A stretch of DNA of 64,000 nucleotides, taken from contig OZ260663.1 of the NCBI GenBank assembly GCA_965285935.1, forward strand, positions 68,262,001-68,326,000. The letters are read 5' to 3'. Shown here in pieces: positions 13,695 to 27,568 of the stretch (the stretch's first letter is position 1; each line of letters starts with the position of its first letter). Source of the stretch: Ophelia neglecta (Eukaryota). The position numbers were made by a program, and so were the translations under genes. The notes beneath the pieces were generated by a model. That model did not search any database, was not told the origin of the DNA, and worked only from the letters and a program-made list of their open reading frames with translations.

Positions 13695-16600
13695 TTCGTT
13701 CTTATGCAAGGTTTGGTGCTACATTTTCCTTTATATAAGCCGCCGAAAAAAATATATATATATATATTGAAATGTTTATTTCAATGCGGAGCCCATATTA
13801 CCTGCCTGCTCCTATCCTACACCATATACCTAATGGTACATCCCAAAAGGAAAGAAGCCTTTTGAAACTTTTCTTTTTAAGAGTTGGCAAATTAATTTCC
13901 TCATTTTTATGTTCTTCCTTTAAGTGTATATTAATTTCGCCTTTATTCTACATACAGCTGGATGTTTTTTGTTGGTCATGTAAAAAGCTGCAGGTCAAGG
14001 TAGTTTGTTCTTATGCAAGGTTTGGGGCTAACGTTACATTTTCAAATCATCTAATGATTCAAAAAGATTTATGTATTTTTTTCTGCAATATTTACTGAAA
14101 ATGTATTAGGGAATTCAGTCTTAAACTGTTACATGTTGAGTGATTTGTGTTGTCTTGTTAATTTCTGTGTTCTATATAATCAAATATCAGATCGGGATAT
14201 TAATGACATCTTACCCAGCTGGGGACATTTGTAGCTTGTCATTCAGTTGGTTTGTTCAAGCATTGCCAAATCAACCTGACTCCAGCGACCTCATATTCCC
14301 AGTGAACTAGATCAACAAGCCGTATCGCTGACCATGCCCCAGTTACTCAAATGACATATTAATTTTAGATAAATGGTACCATTATCCGCCCCCTGTGGTC
14401 ATTGTTGTCAACTGGGCCGAAATGCATCAAAGACCAACGCTTTCGTGATATTTCATCAATTTGCCACTCCTGGTTCTAATCGAGTTTGTCATGAGTATTG
14501 TTAGAACCATTGGTAGCCCACTTGTCCGTCTTCGTTTACCATGACATCTATTTACGGGACCAAATATTATACACAGGAGATTGGGATCAGCCGCTCCTAT
14601 GCTAGGCTCGTGTCTTAGTCAAGTGTATAAAAAGGATGGTCTCGAACAGCCAAATATGGGTAGGAATGGATGATAGATCATGCTTCACTTCCTGGCCAAA
14701 TTACGTCTGTCAAGAATGAGTTACGGAGGAAGTGAATAAGCGAGCCCAAAAATAAACCTTTTCGGGTGAAAAACATGAAGAATGTTCAATATGGAACAAA
14801 TGCTTTCGGAGCAAAACCACATTTAATTGTAATATTCGTGTAGTTGACTCACTTTTAGAATTCGGCTTCAAAGCCCCGAATAATTTCCCACTTAGGATGG
14901 ACCGAACTAGGGACAAGTGTTTGTTTTTAAATATTATATTAGCATTTGTATAGAACAATTTGGTTACAAACCCATCACGGGCCTATTCTAACAGATCACC
15001 ATTAACTTTTTGGGCATATCTCGTCCAAACTAATATGAACTTTACAAATGATAATCCATAAGCTCGAAGAAGACGTATCTCCAGTTTGTTAATGATGTAA
15101 AATGAGCTTGATTTTCTCAGAGCTTCTTTCCCTTTGGTCCTTAAATTAAAACAAACACAACCCGTTGGTTACGTACAGGTGCGTGCGTCGAAGAAGCTGC
15201 ATGCTAAAGAAGAAAATACGGTAATGTTAAGAACATAGGCCTAGTTAAAGACATCAAAAATGTTTAAATATAATCAGCCGACATTGATATCCGGTCACGC
15301 TATTCAGCGTCGCTAGACCTGCGCTCTTCACTGCGTTGACATGGGAGGAACTCTGGTGGGGCACTATCGGGTAATAAGCTTTTTACCAATAGGAAATTAT
15401 GGCGAACAACTAAAACCTGCAACAGGGTATTTTTCCTATTTTACACTAGGGCCTATATAAGACAAGACCTAATACTTTATATCTGTCATGTCACAGGCAC
15501 TGCCTTATATGCACTAACTCAAAGACTCCAGTACACTAACATTACATGTCCTTCTCCGCAAAGCATAGTGTTTGATTTAAGAATCAGCTGCGCATAGTCA
15601 GGAAATAGGTTTTACTGGCATTGGGTACCAAATGAAAGTGAAACAATAAATATGGTTATAGAAATGCTTGTGTAATGTTGAAATCATTGATCTGTAAGCA
15701 ATGTTGGCTCCAAAAGCCATCATTTACGACACCACAGTCGGCATGTTGTACGTAGCGCTTCGATAGCTTTATTACCCAATGTCTGCAAAACTTGTTAGCA
15801 ATTTGCGCAGCTGATTGTTAAATCAACGATTGTGCTCGGCAGATGGAAGGGCAATGTAATATCAATATATATGCCGTAAGTTAGTGCCTGAAGTAGTCCC
15901 TTCACTGGACAGGAAGTCAAGGATAGATCTGAATATTTAAAAGGAAAATAACTAGTGGCCTATCTTGGTCGGATTCATTTTTTATGGGTTTCTTCTGAGA
16001 ACGTTTGTCCTAGCTTCCCTAATTTTGTATTGCAGCGCAAGTCCCGCAGAAAGCGTGTAGCCATACTTATTTTAAGCAGTGGCAGCTGACTGCTGTAGTT
16101 TGCTTCTATACATTCAAGAAATCAGACAGACCCTATTCAATATAAAATGAACAGAGGCTGCATCGAAATGACATGATAAGCACTCCATAAACTTTCGAAT
16201 ACGGCCACAGCTTCTGTCCGCTACCCACATACTACGTTTGGTGACAAATGGTCATCATAACTCACTTAATAGACAAATCGCTCCAGTGATATTTTAGTCA
16301 TACTCGCAGCAAAAATACGGAAAGAAAACTCATTTGTTTGCCGACCCAAAGGTCTCTCGTCCAACTTCTTTGTCCAGCTAATTAGAAAAGCACTTTACGT
16401 GGCATAATTAGCATATTTTTTTGCGCTGCTCTAAAAGTCCCATGACTCGTCGAATTTTTGTTTTGTTTTATCCTAATACAAATTTGCAATATCTTGCTTT
16501 TAATAATTGTTCAAAGTAGATATCAATGATTCCTGGGGAGGGATCGAATGACATTATTTCCCTCTGTGTTAAAGACCCCCTCCTGCACCCACAAATAAAC

Positions 16601-19600
16601 AAGCCACACCCACCAAGGTTCTTATCCCCAAAAAATATTACAAATGACGTCTATTGTAAATTTTGAGGGCTCATCAAATTTACCATTGTGTTTATTGAAT
16701 GCGGAACGGGTTATGGGTGCAGGTATACCGATGGCCGAACAAAATACATCAAGGATAGGTCTGTAACAATAGTCTCGTTGAAGTTCAAAATTTTTATTAA
16801 TATATTGATTAAATTGTAGTAAGCTGTGTAATAAAGTCCGGACAGGCTGACCCGCTACTACACTAAAACATGAGAGAGATTGATAAAATTATATTATAAC
16901 CATCATGTTTTTAATACACTGAAGTTGAGACAGATTTATATTCAAATTTAGGCATAGGGACTAGCTTTGTTAATATCTAAGCTAGAAACAATTACTTATA
17001 ACCTTGTTGAATTAATATCAAAGCAAGAAAATATTACAAGCGCCTGTGGTCTTTAACGCAGAGTTAGACCGGCCGACAGAGAAAAGAATAGACAGGTATA
17101 TTAATACTATTTGATTATTAACGTGGCTAGTCCATTTCAGGCCCTATTTTTCTTATATCTATGATAAAGTCAAAGCCCATTAAATATTTTTTTGTTGAAT
17201 ATTGGTTAACTTTCATTGGTAACTTAATGAGTTAAGGATGATATCTATTTACTAGATCTGTGGACAATTATTTAAGTTACCCTGGTACGGTGCAGACTTA
17301 CATAGCACTATCATAAGATACATATGAGAAAAAAGGGTTACAGTGATATGAACAAATATATTGTCAATATACAAATATCAATTTGATCACACGAAATTAC
17401 TTATTGTTAACTATATATGTTTCCTCGCTCAATTATTCAATCGCTTTTTGTTGGTATAAAAATGACAATATGATTATCATGAAAGTGAACTTTTTTCGGT
17501 CGACTCCAAGTGATTTAACTTACTCTTAACTCTTCTGATTTATATTGAACATGGGAATCTTCAAGCGATAATTAAATTAAATTGACATTATTGGCAGCGT
17601 TTTATCGGACCCTCATTCATTATAGAAGCACTCAAGTGCCACTGCTTCCTGTCTTTGATGCACTTTTGACGCATTTCTGACTGGGATCGGAAACATAAAT
17701 CATCCATTCCTGAACGATCGAACGCTGTCAAGAATCTGGAAATTTTCGCCCCATTCAGGAGTAGAATATCAATTACAGGAGTATTTATCGTCTTTGCTCT
17801 TCGAACAAATCAGCTATGTAGGGTGCACAAAAAAGTGGGGCTAAATACGGAGCAGACACACATCATTCATTAATCAAGAAAGTATTAATGAAATCGCTCC
17901 TAATACAGTATACTATAGGAACAGTCAACTGTCGGCCCATCGAGGATCAATACTAGACATTCTTAATGGAAAAGACAATAGATATTAAGATTGGCGATGG
18001 AATATTGGCATTTACTGATGACTTTAGCATGAGAATATGACACATCCTACAAATGGCAGTAAAAAATAGGCGAGGAGGTTAATCTTGTTAATCCTTAGCT
18101 CATTTTCGAATACAGTGTATCTTATTAGAGTCTGATATGAGAAAAAACGTAAAACATATATGACCTTGGCATTGAAATCAGTTTTCTTTCATGTGCACTT
18201 CTATAATCAGGGCGTATTCATTTTCGTTCAGGAATTCCCGTAACACCTTTAGTTAATGCTAATATATACGAAAAGAAAGAACCTGGCGAAGTTTTAAGAC
18301 GAGGAAATCAGGGGCTGTTTATCATGAAATGAGGTACTGCAATTACCGATTGGTTAAAAATCACACTCCTTCCTCGAGTCACAGGATGCCGTGTTCGAGT
18401 CTCATCGAAAACACAAATTTTAATGTGTTAAGTCTTTGTTGTTAGCCTACTTGAGAATGTTTTTTAGTGAATGATCGAAAGAACCTATGCAATGAGATAA
18501 TATAGAATGTCCACTGAGTAATCATTCTACAAGTGAAGCAATCTGCGTTTTTAAAACGGCGTCTTTACCCAGAGAAGTAAAGGAGAATGTCAAAGCAGTC
18601 GCGATTTGACTTAGTGTGAAAATGAATATTTCTGGGCCGTACCAGCCGCCATTGTATTGGAGAAGGGGCAATTTTGATGACCAGGGCCTAATTTGGACTT
18701 AATCTCTGTTCGCAATCTTGGAGACCATTGGAATAATATGGTAAGCCTTTCGAAGAAAAATACATCATGAAAAGTGCATGCAATTCAAAATCTTTGCTTA
18801 TGTTTTGACATTTTTAATCTAATAACAATATATTAATAGGTCTGTTTTTTGGCTCATGACTAAGTGTGGCAGCCAATATGTCTATTTTGCTCCCGTTTTA
18901 GTGACTTTGCTTAACTCATTCTAGTCATCCTCTGTCTTACGCCGAAAATCCCCACCAGCTAGAGTTTAATTAATGCAGGCCCGGTAGTGTTCAATACAAA
19001 TGTGTGTTTCATACTGGAGCCCTGCTGGACTAAAAAGCGGTTTAAAGGATAAGGATTTATATTTTTAATCAAAATACTGGCCCTGATTTACATGGCTACT
19101 ATTCAACGGTCGCGGATTCAATAAGGCCATGTCTCCTAAAGGAAAAATTGTGACCAAGGAAAGTACCACATTGATCGAGGAGGTTCATTATTGAGGCTTG
19201 AAGACCTACTTTCAGTGCTTTATCCCTGTTTGCCTGGTAGACATAATCGACGAGCCAAGCGCCTCTGGGCGATATTTGGTGGTATTATCATTGATTTACG
19301 GTGGCATATTGACAGACAGCTGACATGTATCGTGGGGCTGTGGCGGGTTATTTAACAACCTGTGAGATTCGCTGACAGGGCTCGGACTCGTTTAGTGGGC
19401 GAGATGAGTTGGAGAGTAAACTTTTTAGGGCTATTCCTGCCTCACTACATACTAGGTATTTGCTTGTTTGCATGAAGACGAAAACTTTTTCAGACCAAAT
19501 ATTTGCGGCAGGTGAAGAATGGGGAAATTTCAAATGGTTTACAGGAAAGGCCGAGGTGCGCATATGCGCGAAGGACCTTTCAATGTCTTGTGCACACGGT

Positions 19601-22390
19601 CCCACCGACGTAACTGCTGTCGCCCTCTAGTATACAACTACGAATTATACATATACGCACCTCTAGCCATAAATTTGCTTATCCGTGATAACTTGTCATA
19701 TATTAGGCCTACTGATATTGTTATTTGTTAATCCTGATAGAACATTGCTCGAACAATTGAAACCCCAGTCCGGTTTTATGTACACAGCTCCTTTCAGTTT
19801 TTATGACCATAGCTGTCCCCAATTTCCCAAGACGCTGAGTTTAAGCATGAATAGATAGTTCCTTCAACACCACTTACAAGCGAGCCAAACGGCTTGACCC
19901 CTGTTCTTGAAGAGCACCATGGCGGGAAGTAACCATCTCGCAATCGTCCTGCTATTGTCCTTGGAGCCTGACGAAACATGGACGATCGTTGAGCACAAAT
20001 ATTTGTTTTCATTTTCGTTATAAATAAGCAGGATGAATCTGCATGCAGACTCACTTTGATTAGCCTGGAGCCCTAACCGCCTTTTGCCACTGACATCCTT
20101 TTCAGGCATGGAATAGGCAGGTTGTCTTATCATTAGGCTATTAGCATTTTAATCGTGCTTTTTACAGTTTATTGTTGTTGCGTACAAATTAGGTATGTTT
20201 TTATCTATGAAATTAAATGAATAGGCTTTGATAAATATATATCAGTCATGAGCTATCCCAGAGGCATGTTATAGTTCTTATATATTGCAAAATGTGTGTT
20301 TAAATGGGTGGTTTTACAGCTCTGGCCACGCATTCATTGAGGATATAAGCTTGTTTAGACAGGTATAAAACACGAAATTGGTTCAAAGACGGTGTTTACT
20401 TTCAAGGCCTTTTATCTTCGTGGGTATAATACTCTTAAGCTCCTTTTCGCTCTGAAAGACGAACTTTGGGCGGCAAAGCTCAAAAAGCAAAGCGCCTGCT
20501 TGGGTCCTGATTTAATGCAATGCAAACATACATCTGAGACAAATCAATGGGGATTGCTATTAGAGGATCTGGCGGATTCAAAAGCTTTTAAAACAAATTC
20601 CACATTATCTCTTCTTCCAATTGATTGGCGGAATTATGTTGTATTAGTAAACAATGGAACGTGTTAAACAATTTATTGTCTTAATCAATATATTTCAATT
20701 AAAGACAATCACCATTAACTCCGCTGGCCAAGGCAGGAAAGGGCACACTGATCAGCTCGCCAGTGGAGGGCGTCCTGTTCTGGCAGGGAGCCAGGACCGG
20801 GCACCCTGGGAAGTTCGAACATCCGGCAGTAAGCAAGCAGAGGGTACCATGGTCAGCTCGCAAACCTCACACTAAGTTATGCCGCATATGTTCATTTACA
20901 ATGTTCGCTTATTTTGAAACATAACTAGCGATGGCGTTTTTGATGGGAGACACAGGCACTCGAATTCAAATATAAGCCTATTTGTTATTAACCTTTTCGA
21001 GTTTCTAACTCACGGTCATTACCAAAAAGATATATTCTGCCTGCAATAGATCATTTGTTTTCATGAAAAAAAGCACAATTCAACCTCTATCCAGGCTATG
21101 TTTTTGCTGTTTTGTTGCATATATTCCAGCAGCCTTCATCACCTCATTGGTTCTAGCTCGTTAACCCTTCGGGACAAGCTTGATAATGATACTCATTTAA
21201 GCGTGCTTTTAGGGCACGTTTCATGTCCTCGATAACGATATGTGAAGGTTAGAGAATTGTTCCATACGTTTTTATGTCTGTTGCTTTACGCTAGAAAGTG
21301 GGCCATTTTGAACATCGTTTAAACTAAATAAGATAATATGGATTTGTTCGTCTCAGTGGGAGCATTACTTATAACCTACTTTTGGCTTTATTGACACGGC
21401 TTCGGAAGTTCTCTTTCCACAGAGTAGGCGAGAGGCCTTCTCGGAGCCTTTGGTTTGAAATTGGATATATCAGTGGACTTATAAATAAAGAGATGGGCCC
21501 GTTCTGTTGGAGAAGGGCCCTCCGGAGGAGCATCTGACAGTCATGTCAAAAACCTTAATGTCTAGTTTAACAATTTCATAGCAATACAATATCTATGCAT
21601 GTAACGACGAACAATTGTTTCATACCAAATAAAACGACCAGCTTATTTCAGGTGGAAAAACTATTTTGATTTTACTGGGCTGAATGACTTGAGAATTTAA
21701 AATGCGGTTCGGGCTAGGGGATTAACAACAACCCAAACAATTGAACTCATGAAATATTTTTGTAATAAAGAACCGATGTCCCATCAGATGTAGTGTTACA
21801 TTTATTAACACCAAGCCCGACGTGGGCTGTGTATTGCAGGGGAAATGGTCACTTGCTTCGGATTCATGGTGATATGGTATATTAAAATCCGACCGAAATG
21901 TTCGCCAATGGAACTGCTAAACATAGTTTTTTGTTTATATATCAACACCAGAGGGCTTAATTCAAGAAATCCAAGGCATTATGTTGGCAAAATCTTTCAA
22001 TCTACGAGTTAAAGTAGCAACGAATTCATACATTTTACCCATAAACTGACATTTTTTATTTTAGTACATTCGGAAATGGGCAACCTAGACAGGTTTTGCA
22101 GTTGGCCTATCTCAAACCAATTTAAGATAAAGCTACAATGTGACGCGAATGGCCACAATGGCTGTGTTACCATGGCCATGGAATTGTTTTTTACGCCAGA
22201 GCTATATTTTGTACAACCTGCTAACTCCCGCCAAAACTAGCAAGGAGCAATCTTGTTCTACGTGTTCTATGGATCTAGTAAACTTTGACCCCAGTGAATA
22301 TGCGTCGAATTGCCACTTGAACGTGGATAATTTGATCTAGCTCCTTGCCATGCTTCAAATGGACAAACATTAGTCCATTGATGTGTCACA

Positions 22391-22556
22391 TATAGTGAAA
22401 CACATCTTTATTCATATATATACCACCTGCCAAATCAGACCACTTATATGAAGCTCACACTTTACCCTCAAATGTAAAACAACCTGTCTAAGAAGACCAT
22501 CTCCAAATTCCGACCACCAGTCCATTGGGTGGTCTCTATTCATAGGTTTCATTGTT
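22391..22556. mobile_element. Decayed Tc1/mariner (pogo-type) MITE
   Basis: Ends TATAGTGAAAC ... GTTTCATTGT form imperfect inverted termini. Internal GACCAC, AACCTGTCTAAG and GGTGGTCTCTAT motifs are typical of this MITE class. Confidence 0.55.
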
Positions 22557-23689
22557 TAATATTAAAATCGGGGCAAGTGAGAGAAATATTTGCTTCGACC
22601 CAATTTTACACAGACCCATAAGAAATAACAATATTCCGTGGAAAACTCATGTCATGAGCTTGTTCTAGGAATGCACTTTTGTAAAATATGAGAAGAAACC
22701 AAATGATTGATATTTAAAATTATGCTTTATATAAAACTTCTTATAATCTGCTTCTTCCTCATTGTTATTCGTGTCGGCTGGCCATGATTTTCCAACCGCA
22801 CCCTTTCCGGTCACACGTTTACTGAATTATGCAACGTAGAGCCATGGATTGTTATGGATTTAAGACTTGGAACTGTCAGAAACATTCATTTTGTATGCAG
22901 ATTTTGATTACTTTCGCATACATATATTTACGACCGATGCCTTTTTGTCTCATTAGATCTACAGGTATGTATTTTGTTCAGAAAAGAGATTTTTCTAGCT
23001 TGCCCTTTAATTGCAAGTTGGTGAAATTAGTGTCCACTTTTAACTAATAACGTATGCAAATTTTTCTATTGGTCTAGCCATCCCCGAGACAGGAGAACGT
23101 AATCACCTCCCAGACTTAAATTTTAATAGCTAAGAAATCGGATATAATAAGAGAGTGGCGGTGATTTAATCAGATTTGATTGTGGCAAGTCTCAGTGGGT
23201 GCCCTGGCTAGGATTACTGGTGGTATCTCCGTTCTGATGAAGTAATTGCAGTTAGTCCGAATAACATTGTCTTTTACTTTGACACTGATAACTATTTTTT
23301 CATGTTGTACCGAATGTTTAATTAAAATATATAATACTGTAAAATACGGGTTGAGGTTTTATCGCGTTCTGTAATCTGATATTGAAACAATTCAGTAGAT
23401 AGGTATGCCCTCTTCGTCAATGAATTAAGATTCCAATTTTCATCGTCAGTCTGCTGTTTTACAATTAAAAGCTTTTTTTATCAACCTTCTATTAATTGTC
23501 TGCATAGATTAGATGCTTTATCCAGATTATACCAAATTCGTTAAAGAGGTGTATTATTCGGCAATTGAGGGCTCGATGGTTACTTAAATACCCTCGGTGG
23601 ATTGCACAAATTGAAAATAAAATGGAAAGCCACAAGGTCAAATGTCAATTGTTCAATTGAATATCAAATCGTGTGTCAGACAATGATTG

Positions 23690-23765
23690 GACCGGGCGTG
23701 GGCCCAGAGGGCCACGGCTTCTCCACGGTTATCGCCCCATCTGCCCTCCAGGATCCGCGCCTGTA
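23690..23765 (-). mobile_element. Possible PIF/Harbinger-type non-autonomous element end
   Basis: GC-rich island whose reverse strand starts CAGGCGCGGATCC...GGGGCGAT, resembling termini of such elements. No partner end was found. Confidence 0.3.
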
Positions 23766-25472
23766 TTCCTTGCAGTTCTGTTTATTTTGTAGCGTTAACC
23801 GATTTCTTTGAAAACGATCATCTGTTGGTACTATGTTGGCTCATTATAGATTGTAACAAGGCCCTCTAAATGCCAATCCAAATTGCGGACATTAGGAGGA
23901 TGTTCTGCGGCTGATAGCAGGGCGCAACTCGCACAGAAACAGCTCACTGGAAAATGTTCGATAGTCACTTAATAGACTTTTAGATCTATGCTAAACTTCT
24001 TTACTTCAGGAGCCGTTTGAAGTGGCTGTGGCTTCCGTTGCAGTGTTCTGAATTGAATTTGGTTTGTAATTATATTGATAATATATAATTGAAATTTGGC
24101 GTTTTCCAGCGTTTATTTCAAAGAGAATCTATATTCTGTCATTTGGTACTTGTAAGTTTTCTTATCACAGCGAGCTTAAAATGGTCGATTTTCCTAGAAG
24201 TGCGACTATCAGTTTTCTCGAGCAATCGAGCAGTGGAAAAAACGAGGCTATCTGCCATTGAGGCAAACAATACCTGCGATAGAATGGTTAGGCCCCCATT
24301 GTGTGCCATCATTAGTCATGTGATCATTGTCACGCAGAGTAAAATGACTGGAAATCAAGTTTTTTAGCAATTTAGATATTTTACCAGTTTATCTAAGTAT
24401 AACACACCCTATGAGAACTTAAAGGGTACTTTCGTGTTCGCGTTCCTATCGTTTTTACCCATTCGCAATAGAATACTGCAATGACTTAATTGGAGTGATC
24501 ATTGCCGCCCATCTTATGGCTAGGCGCATTGGTGTCTGCTTCATATTAACGTATTATTGTATGCTGCAGATGCACGCTTTTAGTCACCATAAAAGCGTGA
24601 CTGGTCCAGTTTAGAATGACATATATTGTTGCGTTGTCAATGAGCTGAAAAACATTTCCTCTTTGAATTGCAAGGTGTTTGGATCATCCGTCTGGCGTTT
24701 GCCAACAGATACAATTTGTCGGAAGTCCCGCTGTACTGGAAAAATGGGAGTGGGTACCCGGCAGAAAAAGCCAAATCATTAATCAAGAATGGCCCATCAA
24801 ATCGGCCGAAATCATCAGGAACCACCAGCCGCTACGGCAAAAATATAGTTGGTCCTAGGCTCTTCATCTTTTGTGTCATGGTCATTCTTTAACCACGCGG
24901 TGACGGTATTTTTTTTTCAGTGACTGCTAATCTCCTATGATATGCGCAATAGTTTTGGCGTCTTGTAAAACTGGGCATGTAGGGCCTTTTTATATATAAA
25001 AGAAATATAAGGAACATTCCAAAGGATGCAGCTCTCGAGTTAAAGTTCCACCTCAAATACCTGATGGCCACTGTAAAACTAACCAGTTTGATTCTTTTGG
25101 TATATGTGATCATGGAGAAGGGCGGCAGACCGCACTTTTCGGCCGTGTTTTTGACTTTTCGGTCGTGTTTTGTACACGGTAGAAACCTTTAATGTTGAAT
25201 CCTTTTTATTTGTGTATTCATAATGACACTTGATAATGAGCCAAATACCAAAGTAATCCAAGAACCGGCAACAAGACAAAATAAATGCAAGAGGCAATCC
25301 GATTAATAAGCCATTAAGAAACCAAAGAAAAAACGCATTATAACAAAACATAGCGTATAATTATATAGAGAACTAGGGTCTAGACTAGGTATAGTCAAAA
25401 CCGACGCTGAGGTGTCTCACGGGCTTGGCCTCTTATCTATATTAACGACCACATCCAGCAATGTTCATGCGT

Positions 25473-25533
25473 GGCACATTCACCTTGGCACATTCATCTT
25501 GGCCCATTCACCTAGGCACATTCGTTGAGGCAC
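25473..25533. repeat. 14-bp tandem repeat, about 4.3 copies (GGCACATTCACCTT)
   Basis: Directly visible: ggcacattcacctt / ggcacattcatctt / ggcccattcaccta / ggcacattcgttga / ggcac. Confidence 0.85.
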
Positions 25534-27444
25534 GTATAATTAATCGTTTGGTACGACGTAGAGTGTGATTACATGCATGTAATGCATTTGACATATTATT
25601 TCAAAGCCAATCAGTCAGATGTTGAAAGATACTATTGAAAGCAGTTTCATATGGAGTTGACTCAATTGCCATCAAACTATACGCATTGGTTTGGTTTTCT
25701 TCTGTCTCAGATAGACATAATTGCACTGTGAGAAAAATCAATAAACGGTGTTTAAATAGAATGAAAAGACCTCCAATAAATCGTCATTTTAGGACGAACA
25801 TTAAAAAATATGGAAAGTATTTAATCTATTGTCCTTAAATATTTAGGAGGAAATATAGTATCTGTTATGACTATTGGCAAACACCACCTTTGTAGACCTG
25901 TATGTAAGAAATAATGGCTGTGACATAGCAATCTTACCAGTGAACAATAGTATTGGTTTTCTTAAGTTTGTCATACATTTTACTCAATGTGCCATTCTAA
26001 ATTTACATCGGTCACACCGCGTCAGTACTCAATATGGACTTTAAATACTGAGCATTCAGGATGATTATTTATTTCTTTTTAAATAAGCCTCATATAATAT
26101 CCTTGATATCAGTCCTAATCACTGCTGGTAACATTCGATATGCTATCCCCGACGATCGTTGAAACGTTCATTCTGATTGGCTTAATTATCATACAAGCTC
26201 AAAATGTGTAACATTGACTAAATCTATCTTTTGTCAAACGATGCAATTGTTCAACAACCGAACATGCTGGAAGCGGAACGTTTTGAAGTTTATTCATTGG
26301 TCTAGCGCAGCTTATGTTTATCAACCGTGCAGTAGGCTAACAAGGGACACCTATATGATCTAATTGTGTTCAAATATTGTCCATAGCGGTGTAACTGTTA
26401 GCTAAGTAAAGAAAGTGGTCGATTCATCTTTCTGTCGGCGCCATTAATCAGCGTTCTGGTTGTGCCTCCCGACAATGACACATTACAGCTCATTACTTTT
26501 TGTCACTGTTTATATGTACGAGTTCTCGTGTGGCCTTCTTTGTCTTCTCTTTCGCTTATGTTAAACATATACCACGTGGAGAACCTCACCGCCATCACGT
26601 GTCGGACACTCACAACCCCCTATACAAGGCTTTTCATACGTATCTAGTTTGCCTGACTGTTGAAAAGATCAAATTAGTTTACATAATTTATTCGATACAT
26701 ACGATAAGAATCTTAAGACGTTTTAAGTTTCAATGTTTACATCGATCTTGTAAAATGGTACGATTTTGGAGTTTCAGAAATGCAGGAGTACTTCTCTAGC
26801 GGTCATGTTCAGTTCATAAATCAATTGAACCGGCATTCTTACCATATTTTACTACGACTGTAGGCCTATGCCTAGATTTGGTCTAAATATTGTAGCTATG
26901 TGTTCATCAAATTTCTGGTATAAGCGATGAGAAAACGGGACATAGGAGAGCACCTTAGGCAAAGTGATTTTTTTGCTTTGCTGACTCAGATCCTATTTCT
27001 GCTCGCCCTGATGACGGTGCCTGGATTTAATACGTGTCTCTCCCACCCAACTGACTCCGTTGTATGGAGTCCAAGCGTTTAAGAAGCCTACCCAAGGGTG
27101 TTAAGTTATTACATGGACAGAGGATATGGAAAGAGGATCTTGGCAGATATCTTTTTAATAACCTTTGTGCATATTAGATATAAAAAAAATAAAATTGCTT
27201 CTTTTAGATTGGTTGGAGTGCAGAAATGTCCCGTGTCGAAAAGGTTAAAGGGGTAAAGTAATTTCTTCAAAGCAAAAAAAAACTCCAAAAGTATCGGATT
27301 AAAGTTTAGTGTATTTGCCATATTGTGTCTATTCCCCCAGATGAGTAGTAACCATTAGTCATTTTCCCTCCACTCAGTATTCTGCCGCTTACACCCCCAT
27401 GTCTGACCAAACCAATAACGTTTCACTTTTCCTTTTCCTTTCAG

Positions 27445-27568
27445 GGGCACAAGCGGCATCGACATTGATTTACAGAAAGTCGACATCGACCAATGCCCAC
27501 TGCCTCCCAACAGTAAGGATCTCAACGTCTTCGCCGGTTCTGACAAGTGTAAACTAGAAACTACCAAA
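27445..27568 (+). CDS. GPR158: GPR158-like exon 1 in window (end of Cache domain, start of EGF-like domain)
   Basis: cctttcag|G GGC ACA... translates GTSGIDIDLQKVDIDQCPLPPNSKDLNVFAGSDKCKLETTK|gtaagt. Confidence 0.95.

Noticed and set aside
13281-14098. 194-aa and 108-aa ORFs
   Set aside because: They run through TA microsatellites and T-rich sequence, and contain no recognisable domain.
18350-18415. tRNA or SINE head (GGTTAA...GTTCGAGTC)
   Set aside because: Only A/B-box-like fragments; no cloverleaf can be folded.
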